Part shown: one piece after another, positions 18,154 to 26,615 of the stretch
Numbering within the stretch: the stretch's first letter is position 1
Layout of the letters: each line of letters begins with the position of its first letter
Assembly: GCA_031370095.1 (NCBI GenBank)
Contig: JANMPY010000106.1
Span: 1 to 34,964 of the forward strand
DNA length: 34,964 nucleotides
From: Betaproteobacteria bacterium
GTDB taxonomy: Bacteria > Pseudomonadota > Gammaproteobacteria > Burkholderiales > Usitatibacteraceae
Reading direction: 5' to 3'
Position numbers and translations under genes: made by a program
The notes under the pieces: generated by a model
What the model was told of the DNA's origin: nothing
The model's input: the letters and a program-made list of their open reading frames with translations, nothing else
The model's database searches: none

Positions 18154-20178
18154 ATGACCTCTGTTGCGGGCGAGGAAAATATTCATGAAAATCTGACGCC
18201 AACAGCGTTGACACTTTTTCATCAATGCTTGAACGAGCTCTCGTCGGCGCTCAATGCCCTGCCTGATAAACCGGACGAAACACCGATCAGTACGCTTGCA
18301 GCACTTTGGCATACCGCAGCAGGTCGACCAATCTCGGCCAAGCGCGCGGTTGCAGACGCATTGCCCGAGTTGGATCAAGCTGCGACAACGAAATTGGCTG
18401 CGCTATTAAGGGACCGCATCGCGGGCATCCCGCTGGCCTACCTCACCGGTCGGCAGAATTTCATGGGCGTGGAGCTTTTTGCCAGCGATGCGGCGCTTAT
18501 ACCGCGTGCGGAGACCGAGTTGCTAGGCATTGCTGCGCTCACGCAATTGCGCGCGGTGGTGCGCGAGCAAGCCCATGCCACGGTGATCGACGTCTGTACC
18601 GGGTCTGGCAACCTTGCGCTGGCGCTTGCGTGGCACGAGCCGCACGCGCGCGTCTGGGCAGCCGATCTTTCCGAGGACGCCATCGCGCTGGCGCGTCGAA
18701 ATCTTACCCACCTCGGTCTGGCTGGTCGCGTTGAGTTCCGTGCTGGCGACCTATTGGCACCGTTTGATTTGCCAGAGTTTCATGGCGGAGTCGACTTGCT
18801 TATTTGCAATCCGCCGTACATATCAAGCGGAAAAGTCGATGGAATGCCCGGGGAAATTATTGAGCATGAGCCGCGTCTGGCGTTTGATGGCGGCCCGCTG
18901 GGAATTAGAATTTTATTGCGATTGATTTCTGAAGCGCCACGTTTTTTGCGGCCCGGCGGCTGGCTTGCCTTTGAGATCGGGCTTGGACAGGGCCCGGGCA
19001 TTCGCAAGCGGCTTGAACAGGGCGGTGGTTACGTTGATATTAATGAAGTCTTCGACAGGAACGGTCAGATACGTGCTTTGATTGCGCGCCTGCCTCAGCC
19101 GAAAGGGCAAGTGCCAGTCGAGCGCAATAACGACAGCGGCAACACCTATTCAGTCGCTGTCGCCAACGTAATGGCAGATGGGGAAAAAATTCGTTCGCTT
19201 TGGCGCACGGGTCTAAACGCTGCCACGTTGTGCGAGGCTAAATTCGATTGGTACTATCAGCGCAACCCGGACGGTGCGCCCGATATATTGTTTTTGCTCC
19301 ACAGCGGCAATGCAGGTGCAGTAGGCGTCGCCGCTGTGGGGCACCGCCGTATGCGATTTAACAACGTGATGTTGCTAACCGCCGTAACCGTGGATTTTGT
19401 TGTACATCCGGAACATCGAACCCTGTTTCCCGCATTGGTATTGCAAAAGGAAGTGTGCAGGCGCGCGCTACAAATGCACCATGTGGTCTGGGGATTGCCA
19501 AACCTCAATGCCACTGCGGTTTTTAGCCGCGCTGGCTATCAATTGGTTGGCCAGATGGTGCGTTACGCCCGTGTTTTGCGTTCCGCAGAGTATTTGGCAC
19601 GCCACCTTTCCCCATGGACGAGCCGCGTGGCGGGCGCAATTGTTGATTGGATACTGTTGGGGATTCTCGCCTGGCGCAAACCAAGGGCACGCAGTTATCT
19701 CACCAAATGGCAGCAGCGCCCGGACGCCCGCTTCGACGATCTCTGGCAGCGAAGTGCTGCGCCCGACCAATTGATGGGTGTGCGCGATGAGCAGTATTTG
19801 ACCTGGCGATTCGGCGACTACCTGCTTCGAGCCTATTCGTTTTTCACCCTTGCGTCCGCCGTGGATCAACGTCTTATCGGTTACGCGGTGTGCGAAATTG
19901 ACCAGCAGTCGTTGCACGTCCGCGATTTTCTGATCGATCCCAATATAGCCGGGGCGGCGGCATACCTATGGCACAGCTTGGTTAAGGAAGCGTATCGGAA
20001 GGGCCTTACGAGTCTTTCCGTTGAGTTTCATGGCGGTGAGCTTCTAAAGGAAGAATTAACCGACGCCGGCTTGAGCGCACGCGATCAAAGGCCCCTGTAT
20101 GCTGCACTCGCGGATGAGTCGCTGCCGCTGTTGCAAGCGCGACACTGGTATCTTACCTGTGCGGACGTAGACGGCTAA
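18154..20178 (+). CDS. Fusion protein: HemK/PrmC-family N5-glutamine-type SAM methyltransferase + FemAB-like double GNAT region
   Basis: The N-terminal ~315 aa carry PrmC hallmarks: IPLAYLTGRQNFMGVELFASDAALIPRAETE, SAM motif VIDVCTGSGNLALA, NPPY in LLICNPPYISS, and EHEPRLAFDGGPLG. The C-terminal ~340 aa look like two GNAT-like halves (FLLHSGNAGAVGVAAV...VDFVVHPEHR; LIGYAVCEI...VRDFLIDP). The frame is continuous with no stop. Start taken at the ATG at 18154 (TTG at 18133 is also possible). The 17791-18153 extension is rejected. Confidence 0.75.
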   Translation: MTSVAGEENIHENLTPTALTLFHQCLNELSSALNALPDKPDETPISTLAALWHTAAGRPISAKRAVADALPELDQAATTKLAALLRDRIAGIPLAYLTGRQNFMGVELFASDAALIPRAETELLGIAALTQLRAVVREQAHATVIDVCTGSGNLALALAWHEPHARVWAADLSEDAIALARRNLTHLGLAGRVEFRAGDLLAPFDLPEFHGGVDLLICNPPYISSGKVDGMPGEIIEHEPRLAFDGGPLGIRILLRLISEAPRFLRPGGWLAFEIGLGQGPGIRKRLEQGGGYVDINEVFDRNGQIRALIARLPQPKGQVPVERNNDSGNTYSVAVANVMADGEKIRSLWRTGLNAATLCEAKFDWYYQRNPDGAPDILFLLHSGNAGAVGVAAVGHRRMRFNNVMLLTAVTVDFVVHPEHRTLFPALVLQKEVCRRALQMHHVVWGLPNLNATAVFSRAGYQLVGQMVRYARVLRSAEYLARHLSPWTSRVAGAIVDWILLGILAWRKPRARSYLTKWQQRPDARFDDLWQRSAAPDQLMGVRDEQYLTWRFGDYLLRAYSFFTLASAVDQRLIGYAVCEIDQQSLHVRDFLIDPNIAGAAAYLWHSLVKEAYRKGLTSLSVEFHGGELLKEELTDAGLSARDQRPLYAALADESLPLLQARHWYLTCADVDG

Positions 20179-20276
20179 TGCGGCGTTATCAAATTGTCAC
20201 AACATAAAACCGGCTGAATGGCTCGACGAGTGGCGGGTTCGGCAGAACACCGCCCAAGCGCTCATCTGGAGGCGCT

Positions 20277-21401
20277 TCATTCAGGCTTGTTTTCGTCCGT
20301 ATTGCGCGGCGGCAAACGATCAATCAGTCGCGCCAGAAGATCCAATGATGCAGAGTGACTGCGTTCGAGCCGCACCATGGTGCGTTCGAGCCGCAGCATG
20401 CTTTCCTCCACCCGAAGCCACCGCGCTGCCAAATCCTCACGACCCAGACTGAACGCGATTTGATGTGCGTCCTGAGCATCGTCATAACCGTTGCCGGCAT
20501 TGGACGAGTAATGATCTCCGGCAAGTAGGCTATCCGCATTTGACGTCGCGCCTATATGAGCACCATGATGTGTCGACGACCTCGGCGCAAGCGTTTCACT
20601 ACTCATTTCTCCCGCGACTTCATGCACGTCCTCAAGCGTAAACACGCGTTTTTCCGCCAGAAACCCTGACAGCAGCAAGCGATCACAAACGGAATTGATG
20701 CGTCGCGGCACGCCGCCGCTGGCCGCAAAAATCGCGCGGTACGCATCGGGCTCGAATTGAGGCGAGTCTTTCCATCCAACGCACGTCAGACGATGCTCAA
20801 TGTAGCCGCGGGTTTCATCTTCGTCCATTGGGCCAATATGGCATGCCGCGATGACCCGCTGACGTAACTGCTGCATTTGCGGGCTCTGCAAAATATGACG
20901 AAACTCCGGTTGGCCAATCAGGAAGCTTTGTAACAATGCGTGCGTCTCAAGCTGAAAATTTGACAGCATGCGCAATTCTTCAACCGCGCGCGGCGTGAGG
21001 TTTTGCGCCTCGTCGACCACCAGCAGGCATCGCTTGCCCTGCTTTGCAACTGACACCAGAAAAGCCTCAAGCGAGAGCAGTAAATTCGCTTTGTCGGTCT
21101 GCTTGGTTGGAATGCCGAACGCCGCCGCGACCATGCGAAGCGTATCGTCGGCGTCCAATTGTGTACTCACCAGATTCGCTGCGACGACCCGCTCCGGATC
21201 CAGCTTGGCGAAAATATTTCGTACCAGCGTGGTCTTGCCGGCACCGACTTCACCAGTGATCACGATGAATCCCTCGTTCTGATGCAAGCCATACTCAAGG
21301 TATGACATCGCGCGCCGATGCTGGCGGCTACCAAAATAAAATGATGGATCAGGATTGAGTTGGAATGGCTTCTTGGTCAGCCCATAAAACGATGCATACA
21401 T
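20277..21401 (-). CDS. XrtA/PEP-CTERM system-associated AAA ATPase (ExeA/GspA-like)
   Basis: MYASFYGLTKKPFQLNPDPSFYF..., Walker A GEVGAGKTT and Walker B LLVVDEAQNL. It has a ~100-aa low-complexity/coiled C-terminal extension. Confidence 0.85.
   Translation of the reverse strand: MYASFYGLTKKPFQLNPDPSFYFGSRQHRRAMSYLEYGLHQNEGFIVITGEVGAGKTTLVRNIFAKLDPERVVAANLVSTQLDADDTLRMVAAAFGIPTKQTDKANLLLSLEAFLVSVAKQGKRCLLVVDEAQNLTPRAVEELRMLSNFQLETHALLQSFLIGQPEFRHILQSPQMQQLRQRVIAACHIGPMDEDETRGYIEHRLTCVGWKDSPQFEPDAYRAIFAASGGVPRRINSVCDRLLLSGFLAEKRVFTLEDVHEVAGEMSSETLAPRSSTHHGAHIGATSNADSLLAGDHYSSNAGNGYDDAQDAHQIAFSLGREDLAARWLRVEESMLRLERTMVRLERSHSASLDLLARLIDRLPPRNTDENKPE
20361..20402 (-). repeat. In-frame 21-bp tandem duplication inside the ATPase C-terminal extension
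   Basis: gcgttcgagccgcaccatggt / gcgttcgagccgcagcatgct (18 of 21 identical), encoding SMLRLER-TMVRLER. Confidence 0.8.
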
Positions 21402-21415
21402 TTGCGTGCTGCCTG

Positions 21416-23140
21416 TTAGTATCGAAGTGAAACGGACGCGAGAACGGCATTTTCCCGGTAACTTGTGTTCTGGGAATTGTCGAGATGCACGCGCCGGGCA
21501 CCGAAAGTGACATAGGTATTTTGTCCAACACGGGTTGAAAAAAGCAGATTCAGATTACGCTGCCGGGTATCCAGCCCAGCAACGGACAGCCCTTCGCTTC
21601 GCAATGAAGTCGCGATCAATGATATCGATGACAGCGGAGACAATCTTAGTGCCCAGTTCAAATTGAAGCCCTGCTGCAGAATGTCGTTGCTCAATGAAAA
21701 ACTATCCGTTGCACCAATAGTTGGGCCGAATGCTCGCTGATTCCTTCTGGAAAATATCAGGGTAACGGTGTTTTTTACCCCGACGAGTGCGACAGACGCC
21801 TCATCGCTTCGAATCACATACGGCCGGCCCGTAGCAAATCCCCCACTCAATGCCGAGCCCGCAGGAATACCGGACTCTTCCAGTCGTTTGCGCACTGCCG
21901 CCTCACGCGCAATCGGATCCGGTATCGCGGCGACCAGCAGATCTGACAACAAGCCAGCGGTAGAACCCGAGCCGGTTGCGGTCAGTTGACCGGACGACGC
22001 AGTGACGTCCCGGTTACTGGAGAAGCTCCAGGCGCTAAGCGCGGTGCGATGTTTGAAAATAACGCTATGACTATCGCCGAAAAAACGTTTTTCCTTCACC
22101 GCTGCGAATTGTGTACGAGTGCTCGGCGACCACTCCAAGCCAAAACCGGATGTATTTGCACTGGTTTTTTGTAAGCCCGCAAAATTAGTAGCCTCGCGAC
22201 CAACGATTGCCGACACATGGATCTGCGGGTCAACTTCGTAAGATAGTGAGCCGCGGACGCGTTCATCGAACGCCTTGCCTACAACTTTATTGCGAAAGCT
22301 CAACGCACTCCCGTCAACCGACCAGCCCAGGCCGGATATCGCACGCTCATTTTTGATGAAACCAGTCCATTGCCTGCCTATAGTATCCGGCAGTGCCGGA
22401 TCCTTTGAACGAATGTCGGCCGCAACAAGCCTGAGTTGATATGCCGCGAGGTCGATGAGCTTACCGCTAATACGTGGCGAAATCTGGGTGGTCGCCGTTT
22501 CAACCCTGTTGCCATTGGGACCACTGGTGTCTGTCGCCCCGGCAATGCTGAAGGCAGAACGATTTTGTTGCGTAATGTTTGCGCTCGCGTCAACAAACAG
22601 CCAATTGTCGACCACTTCAACCACGGCATTAGACGCCAACAGGTGCTGGCTATTGTTAAGCCGCGAATCGCCTGAATAGCGAAAGTCACGCAAACGATAG
22701 TCCAGGTAGACTCTTGACCGGACACCCCTCTTTTCAATGCGGATTCCTGGAGTAGATTCCGTTATCCAGCTTTTTTTTGCGATTGCAGACGGTACCAACG
22801 CGGCATTGTCAGTGTAGCTCTCGGCCAGACTGATTTCAGGCGTGATGCGCCAGGCCGTGGCACCCACTACGGGCGCGGTACGGGATGGTTCGTCGGGCAC
22901 TGATTGGGCGACACTTCTCGTCGACATACATGCGGCCCCTAACGCCATCGCCAGTGCCGCTACAACCCAAACCGGCTTTGTCGACGCAGTTCGCAGGTCG
23001 CACGCGTCCCCGCCGATCCGGCAGACAACTCCTGGCGTCAAAGCCCGCCACTTTGCTCCTCCGCCAACGCTGTTGTGTGAACATCGTTTAATCAACACGC
23101 TAACTGTAACCGTAGCCATATCCGTAAGCACCTTGCGCAA
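21416..23140 (-). CDS. PEP-CTERM system-associated outer-membrane beta-barrel protein
   Basis: Alternating beta-strand-like sequence throughout, ending in ...VLASVSLRY (terminal aromatic typical of OMPs). Signal-like KPVWVVAALAMALGAACMSTRSVAQS. The codon at 23140 is TTG and overlaps the upstream gene by 41 nt. An in-frame TTG at 23041 downstream of GGAGGAG is an alternative start. Confidence 0.75.
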   Translation of the reverse strand: MRKVLTDMATVTVSVLIKRCSHNSVGGGAKWRALTPGVVCRIGGDACDLRTASTKPVWVVAALAMALGAACMSTRSVAQSVPDEPSRTAPVVGATAWRITPEISLAESYTDNAALVPSAIAKKSWITESTPGIRIEKRGVRSRVYLDYRLRDFRYSGDSRLNNSQHLLASNAVVEVVDNWLFVDASANITQQNRSAFSIAGATDTSGPNGNRVETATTQISPRISGKLIDLAAYQLRLVAADIRSKDPALPDTIGRQWTGFIKNERAISGLGWSVDGSALSFRNKVVGKAFDERVRGSLSYEVDPQIHVSAIVGREATNFAGLQKTSANTSGFGLEWSPSTRTQFAAVKEKRFFGDSHSVIFKHRTALSAWSFSSNRDVTASSGQLTATGSGSTAGLLSDLLVAAIPDPIAREAAVRKRLEESGIPAGSALSGGFATGRPYVIRSDEASVALVGVKNTVTLIFSRRNQRAFGPTIGATDSFSLSNDILQQGFNLNWALRLSPLSSISLIATSLRSEGLSVAGLDTRQRNLNLLFSTRVGQNTYVTFGARRVHLDNSQNTSYRENAVLASVSLRY

Positions 23141-24029
23141 CGGTGCGCGCTTGATTAAGCAAAATCAACTTGACCGGGCACGCCTTGATCGTCGCCAACG
23201 CTCGTTTTACGTCGCCCTGAAGCGTCGCTTCGGCCTGCACGACAAATACAATCTGGCCCATGTGCGTGGCTAATACACGTGATTCCGTGGTGACCAAAAG
23301 CGGCGGCGAATCGAACACCACGATTCGATTTGGATAGCGCGTAGCCATCTCGTCCAGCAACCGATCCATCGCATCACTAGCCAATAATTCAGTCGCGCGT
23401 GCGTGCTGCGTGCCGCTCGTAAGGATGGACAGCCTTTCAACGTTCGTCCTGATTAACGATTGGTCAAGATCAAATGATTTGTCATGTAGCGCGTCGAGCA
23501 GGCCTTTGCCAGACGGCAATCCAAGTACGCGAGGCAGTGAGGGGCGAGCCACGTCAGCATCCACGAGCAAAACTGTCTGATCCAGCTCCATGGCAATGCT
23601 CATCGCCAAATTGATCGCAGAAAAAGTCTTGCCCTCGCCAGGAACGGCGCTCGTCACCATAATCAAATTACCATTTTTGATCGGCACCATCCCTTTGCCT
23701 GAAGCGTTGGCAATCAATGGGCGTTTTACAATACGGAATTCGTCTGCGATGCGTGATCGGGGTATATCCGGCGTGACGAAACCGAGCTTCGCCAGCATCA
23801 CAAGATCCAGTTCAACGCTGGCCGACACAGAACTCCGTGCCTCTGGAAATTCGGTAGCACTGACTGCCGCCATCGCCGCTTCAACGTGTGAAGTCGATGG
23901 AAAAACGGTAGCACCATTGCTATTTTGGGGGCGACTGCGGATGCTATTTTGGCCGGCGTCGCCTGGAATATCGATTCCCGCGCGACGTAGTTCTTCCAGT
24001 CGCTTCGCCGCTTGCTCAATGACACTCAT
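23100..24029 (-). CDS. XrtA-associated tyrosine autokinase-like P-loop ATPase (BY-kinase catalytic subunit)
   Basis: Walker A VTSAVPGEGKTFS, Walker A' LLVDADVARPS, Walker B IVVFDSPP and the C-terminal Tyr cluster GAYGYGYGYS. Confidence 0.85.
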   Translation of the reverse strand: MSVIEQAAKRLEELRRAGIDIPGDAGQNSIRSRPQNSNGATVFPSTSHVEAAMAAVSATEFPEARSSVSASVELDLVMLAKLGFVTPDIPRSRIADEFRIVKRPLIANASGKGMVPIKNGNLIMVTSAVPGEGKTFSAINLAMSIAMELDQTVLLVDADVARPSLPRVLGLPSGKGLLDALHDKSFDLDQSLIRTNVERLSILTSGTQHARATELLASDAMDRLLDEMATRYPNRIVVFDSPPLLVTTESRVLATHMGQIVFVVQAEATLQGDVKRALATIKACPVKLILLNQARTVAQGAYGYGYGYS

Positions 24030-24038
24030 TGGGGATCC

Positions 24039-25592
24039 TTACACACTTCGCGAGGCTAAAAATATCAGCGCCAGGAATCCCGCCACGTATGCGCCAAGCA
24101 GCGCGCCAACCCCGCCGAGAAATCGAAACACGCTGCGTCTCGCGGCACGCTTTTTTGGCTCGCTCAAGACCATGGAAATGGTACCAAGAACTGGCAGCCC
24201 GGTGGCGTCTCCCAGCGATCTGTCGTCGTAGAACGCAGGGCGCAGCTCTCGCGCTGCGAATGCGATTAAAAAACCGGACGCCAATGCAATCAATAGCGTC
24301 AGTGGAAACAGCAGGCTGCGATTGGGCGAAACCGGTTGCGGCGACACGCGGGGAGGATCAATAAGCCGAAAATCCGCAACCCCGGAAACTGATTGCATAT
24401 CGCCGGACATACTCGCTTTTTCACGCGCCGAAATCAGATTCTCGTAGTTTTTCTTGTTGACATCGTAATCACGATTGAGTTGGACAAATTCGGCTTCAAG
24501 TTGCGGCACGCGCGACGCAGAAGATTTGAATTCGCTGTAGCGCGATGAATATTCGCTTACCCGTGCGCGCAACGAGGCAACCATTGCCTCCGCCTGCGCG
24601 AGCGAAACTTTCAATTGTTCGGACGCAAGGGGGCCGCTGGCGAACGACTGAACGGGCAGCGCGCGATCATTCTTGCGCGACAGCACCAATTGTCGCTTCT
24701 GCTCTTCCAGCTCTTTGATCGCTCTTTGGGTGCCAATGACATCCGGGTGGCTTTCGGTAAATTTCAGCAGCATGGCGTCGAGACTACGTTTCAGGAAATC
24801 AATTCTTCCATCAATTTCGGCAGTACTTCCCCCCGCAACTGCAACCCCGGATGACGCGCTGGTCTCTTCACTCGCCAAGCCGCGTTTAAACGCGTCGCGC
24901 GAATTTTCCGCTTCGCGCAGCAAGAGCTGGGCTTGATTGAGTTGCGCACTTGCCTCCGACATTCGCGCAAAAAAGCCGGCACCTTCACCAGGCGTCATGC
25001 CCAAATTACGAATCTTGAATTCTTTCAAGCGGCTCTCGGCATCCTGGAGTTTTTTTTCGTAGATGACGATTTGTTCGTCGACAAACTTTTTTGCCGTATC
25101 CGTGTCGTTGCTTTTGCCGCCTTGCCCTGACTCGATAAACATCGAACTAAAACTCTGCACCGCCCGTTTTGCGCGCTCTGGCTGCACATCACGAAAGCTC
25201 AGGGTGTACAAATTGTCTTTTACACTTCCGCTAATCGTGAGCAGTTTGGACACGCGATCCACCACTCCTTCGTACTCGGCCTTGGACTTGCTCCCCGCAT
25301 CCAAGCCAACGGTTTGTACAAGTTTCTCGACGTTTGGTCGGCTGATCACCAGGCGACTTAACGCCGCGATTTGATCCGCATCGTTCTGTAGTACGGTCAT
25401 CCCTGTCATGAGCGGTTTCAGGATCGACGCCGTATTGACATAAATACGCGCAGATGCCTCGTACTTGTCCGGGATCTGTAACACCACCGCGACGCCAATC
25501 GCGCCGACAACCCACGCGACACCAAGTCCGAGCCACCGGTAATGCCACATTCCCCTGAGGGTAATTATCGCTTGGCGAAGTATTTCATCCAT
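24039..25592 (-). CDS. Polysaccharide chain-length determinant (PCP/Wzz-GumC-like), XrtA system
   Basis: 517 aa. N-terminal TM (WLGLGVAWVVGAIGVAVVLQI), a long coiled-coil periplasmic region, and C-terminal TMs (LLFPLTLLIALASGFLIAF...GALLGAYVAGFLALIFLA). The stop is 9 nt upstream of the kinase gene. Confidence 0.85.
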   Translation of the reverse strand: MDEILRQAIITLRGMWHYRWLGLGVAWVVGAIGVAVVLQIPDKYEASARIYVNTASILKPLMTGMTVLQNDADQIAALSRLVISRPNVEKLVQTVGLDAGSKSKAEYEGVVDRVSKLLTISGSVKDNLYTLSFRDVQPERAKRAVQSFSSMFIESGQGGKSNDTDTAKKFVDEQIVIYEKKLQDAESRLKEFKIRNLGMTPGEGAGFFARMSEASAQLNQAQLLLREAENSRDAFKRGLASEETSASSGVAVAGGSTAEIDGRIDFLKRSLDAMLLKFTESHPDVIGTQRAIKELEEQKRQLVLSRKNDRALPVQSFASGPLASEQLKVSLAQAEAMVASLRARVSEYSSRYSEFKSSASRVPQLEAEFVQLNRDYDVNKKNYENLISAREKASMSGDMQSVSGVADFRLIDPPRVSPQPVSPNRSLLFPLTLLIALASGFLIAFAARELRPAFYDDRSLGDATGLPVLGTISMVLSEPKKRAARRSVFRFLGGVGALLGAYVAGFLALIFLASRSV

Positions 25593-25664
25593 CTCGCACC
25601 CGTTTGAAAACCGAAGGCGGCGCTGGCCGCAACTTCGATGACGCTATGACCACGTGAATGGATG

Positions 25665-26282
25665 CTAAAACCAGCTCTGCGGAATGATCAAGACATCGCC
25701 TGGCTTCATCTCGACGTTCGCCGAAACATCGCCACGTTTGATCAAGTCTTTGATTCGGACGCGGTACTGCTTGTTCCCGTCACCAGTTCTAAGCAGGCTG
25801 GCACCATTGCCATCAGCAAAATCAGTGATGCCGCCAACGGCAATCATCACATCAAGCAGCGTCATTTTCTGCTTGTAGGAAAGAACTTGCGGTCTGGTTG
25901 CCTCACCAACCACCCGAATCTGCTCACTGTATGGCCCGACAAAATTTGTCACCACCACCGTCACCACCGGATCACGAATGACCTTCGACAGCGCTTTTTC
26001 AATATCGCGCGCCAGAGTGGTGGCGTCTTTTCCCAGAGCGGGCAGATCCTCGACCAATGGCGCGGCAATTCTCCCGTCAGGCCGCACCGGTACTACCATC
26101 GACAATTCGGGGTTTCGCCATACAACGATGCTGACCGTATCCCCCGGGCCGATGAGGTATTTGTAATCCGGCGAAGCTGCCAAGGTCGGCGCTTGCGGGA
26201 TTGAACTACAGCCGCCGACGAATACCGCGGCAAGAACCGCGATCATCAAACCAGTCGTGTGAGCCAATAGACGTGCGTGCAT
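25665..26282 (-). CDS. Polysaccharide export protein (Wza/periplasmic export family), lipoprotein
   Basis: Lipobox AVFVGGCSS, then the Poly_export-like motif YLIGPGDTVSIVVWRNPELS and a SLBB-like C-terminus (PGDVLIIPQSWF). Strong SD GGGAGGAAAC before the ATG at 26282. Confidence 0.88.
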   Translation of the reverse strand: MHARLLAHTTGLMIAVLAAVFVGGCSSIPQAPTLAASPDYKYLIGPGDTVSIVVWRNPELSMVVPVRPDGRIAAPLVEDLPALGKDATTLARDIEKALSKVIRDPVVTVVVTNFVGPYSEQIRVVGEATRPQVLSYKQKMTLLDVMIAVGGITDFADGNGASLLRTGDGNKQYRVRIKDLIKRGDVSANVEMKPGDVLIIPQSWF

Positions 26283-26615
26283 GTTTCCTCCCTGTTGATT
26301 TGATCTGAGTGCTAGCGAGGATAAATTACCGAAAATATGGTCAATGGCGAGTCCCGCGAAACTTCCACATGTGCCATATGTTACTATCTTTTCAATATCT
26401 TATTGCTCGTTTGGTAAGTGATTTAGGTGCTCTCTGCCGACAGCCTTGAGACGTCAGCCCGCTGGCAAAGATCATCAATTCTCAAAAATAATGTACAAAA
26501 ATATAGCGCATTGCCGCATCTCGACTCGCGCGTGGTGCTCCGCGCGAGTGGCGATGAGACGAATGTTGGCGGGGTACGTCCGACCAAATCTGCCACAGCA
26601 AATCTTAGCCCATTA

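Noticed and set aside
20179-20276. Short GC hairpins (GGCGG...CCGCC, AAGCGC...GCGCTT) between the convergent plus-strand operon and the ATPase gene, as possible terminators.
   Set aside because: The stems are only 5-6 bp with 10-13 nt loops and no U-tracts, which is too weak to call.
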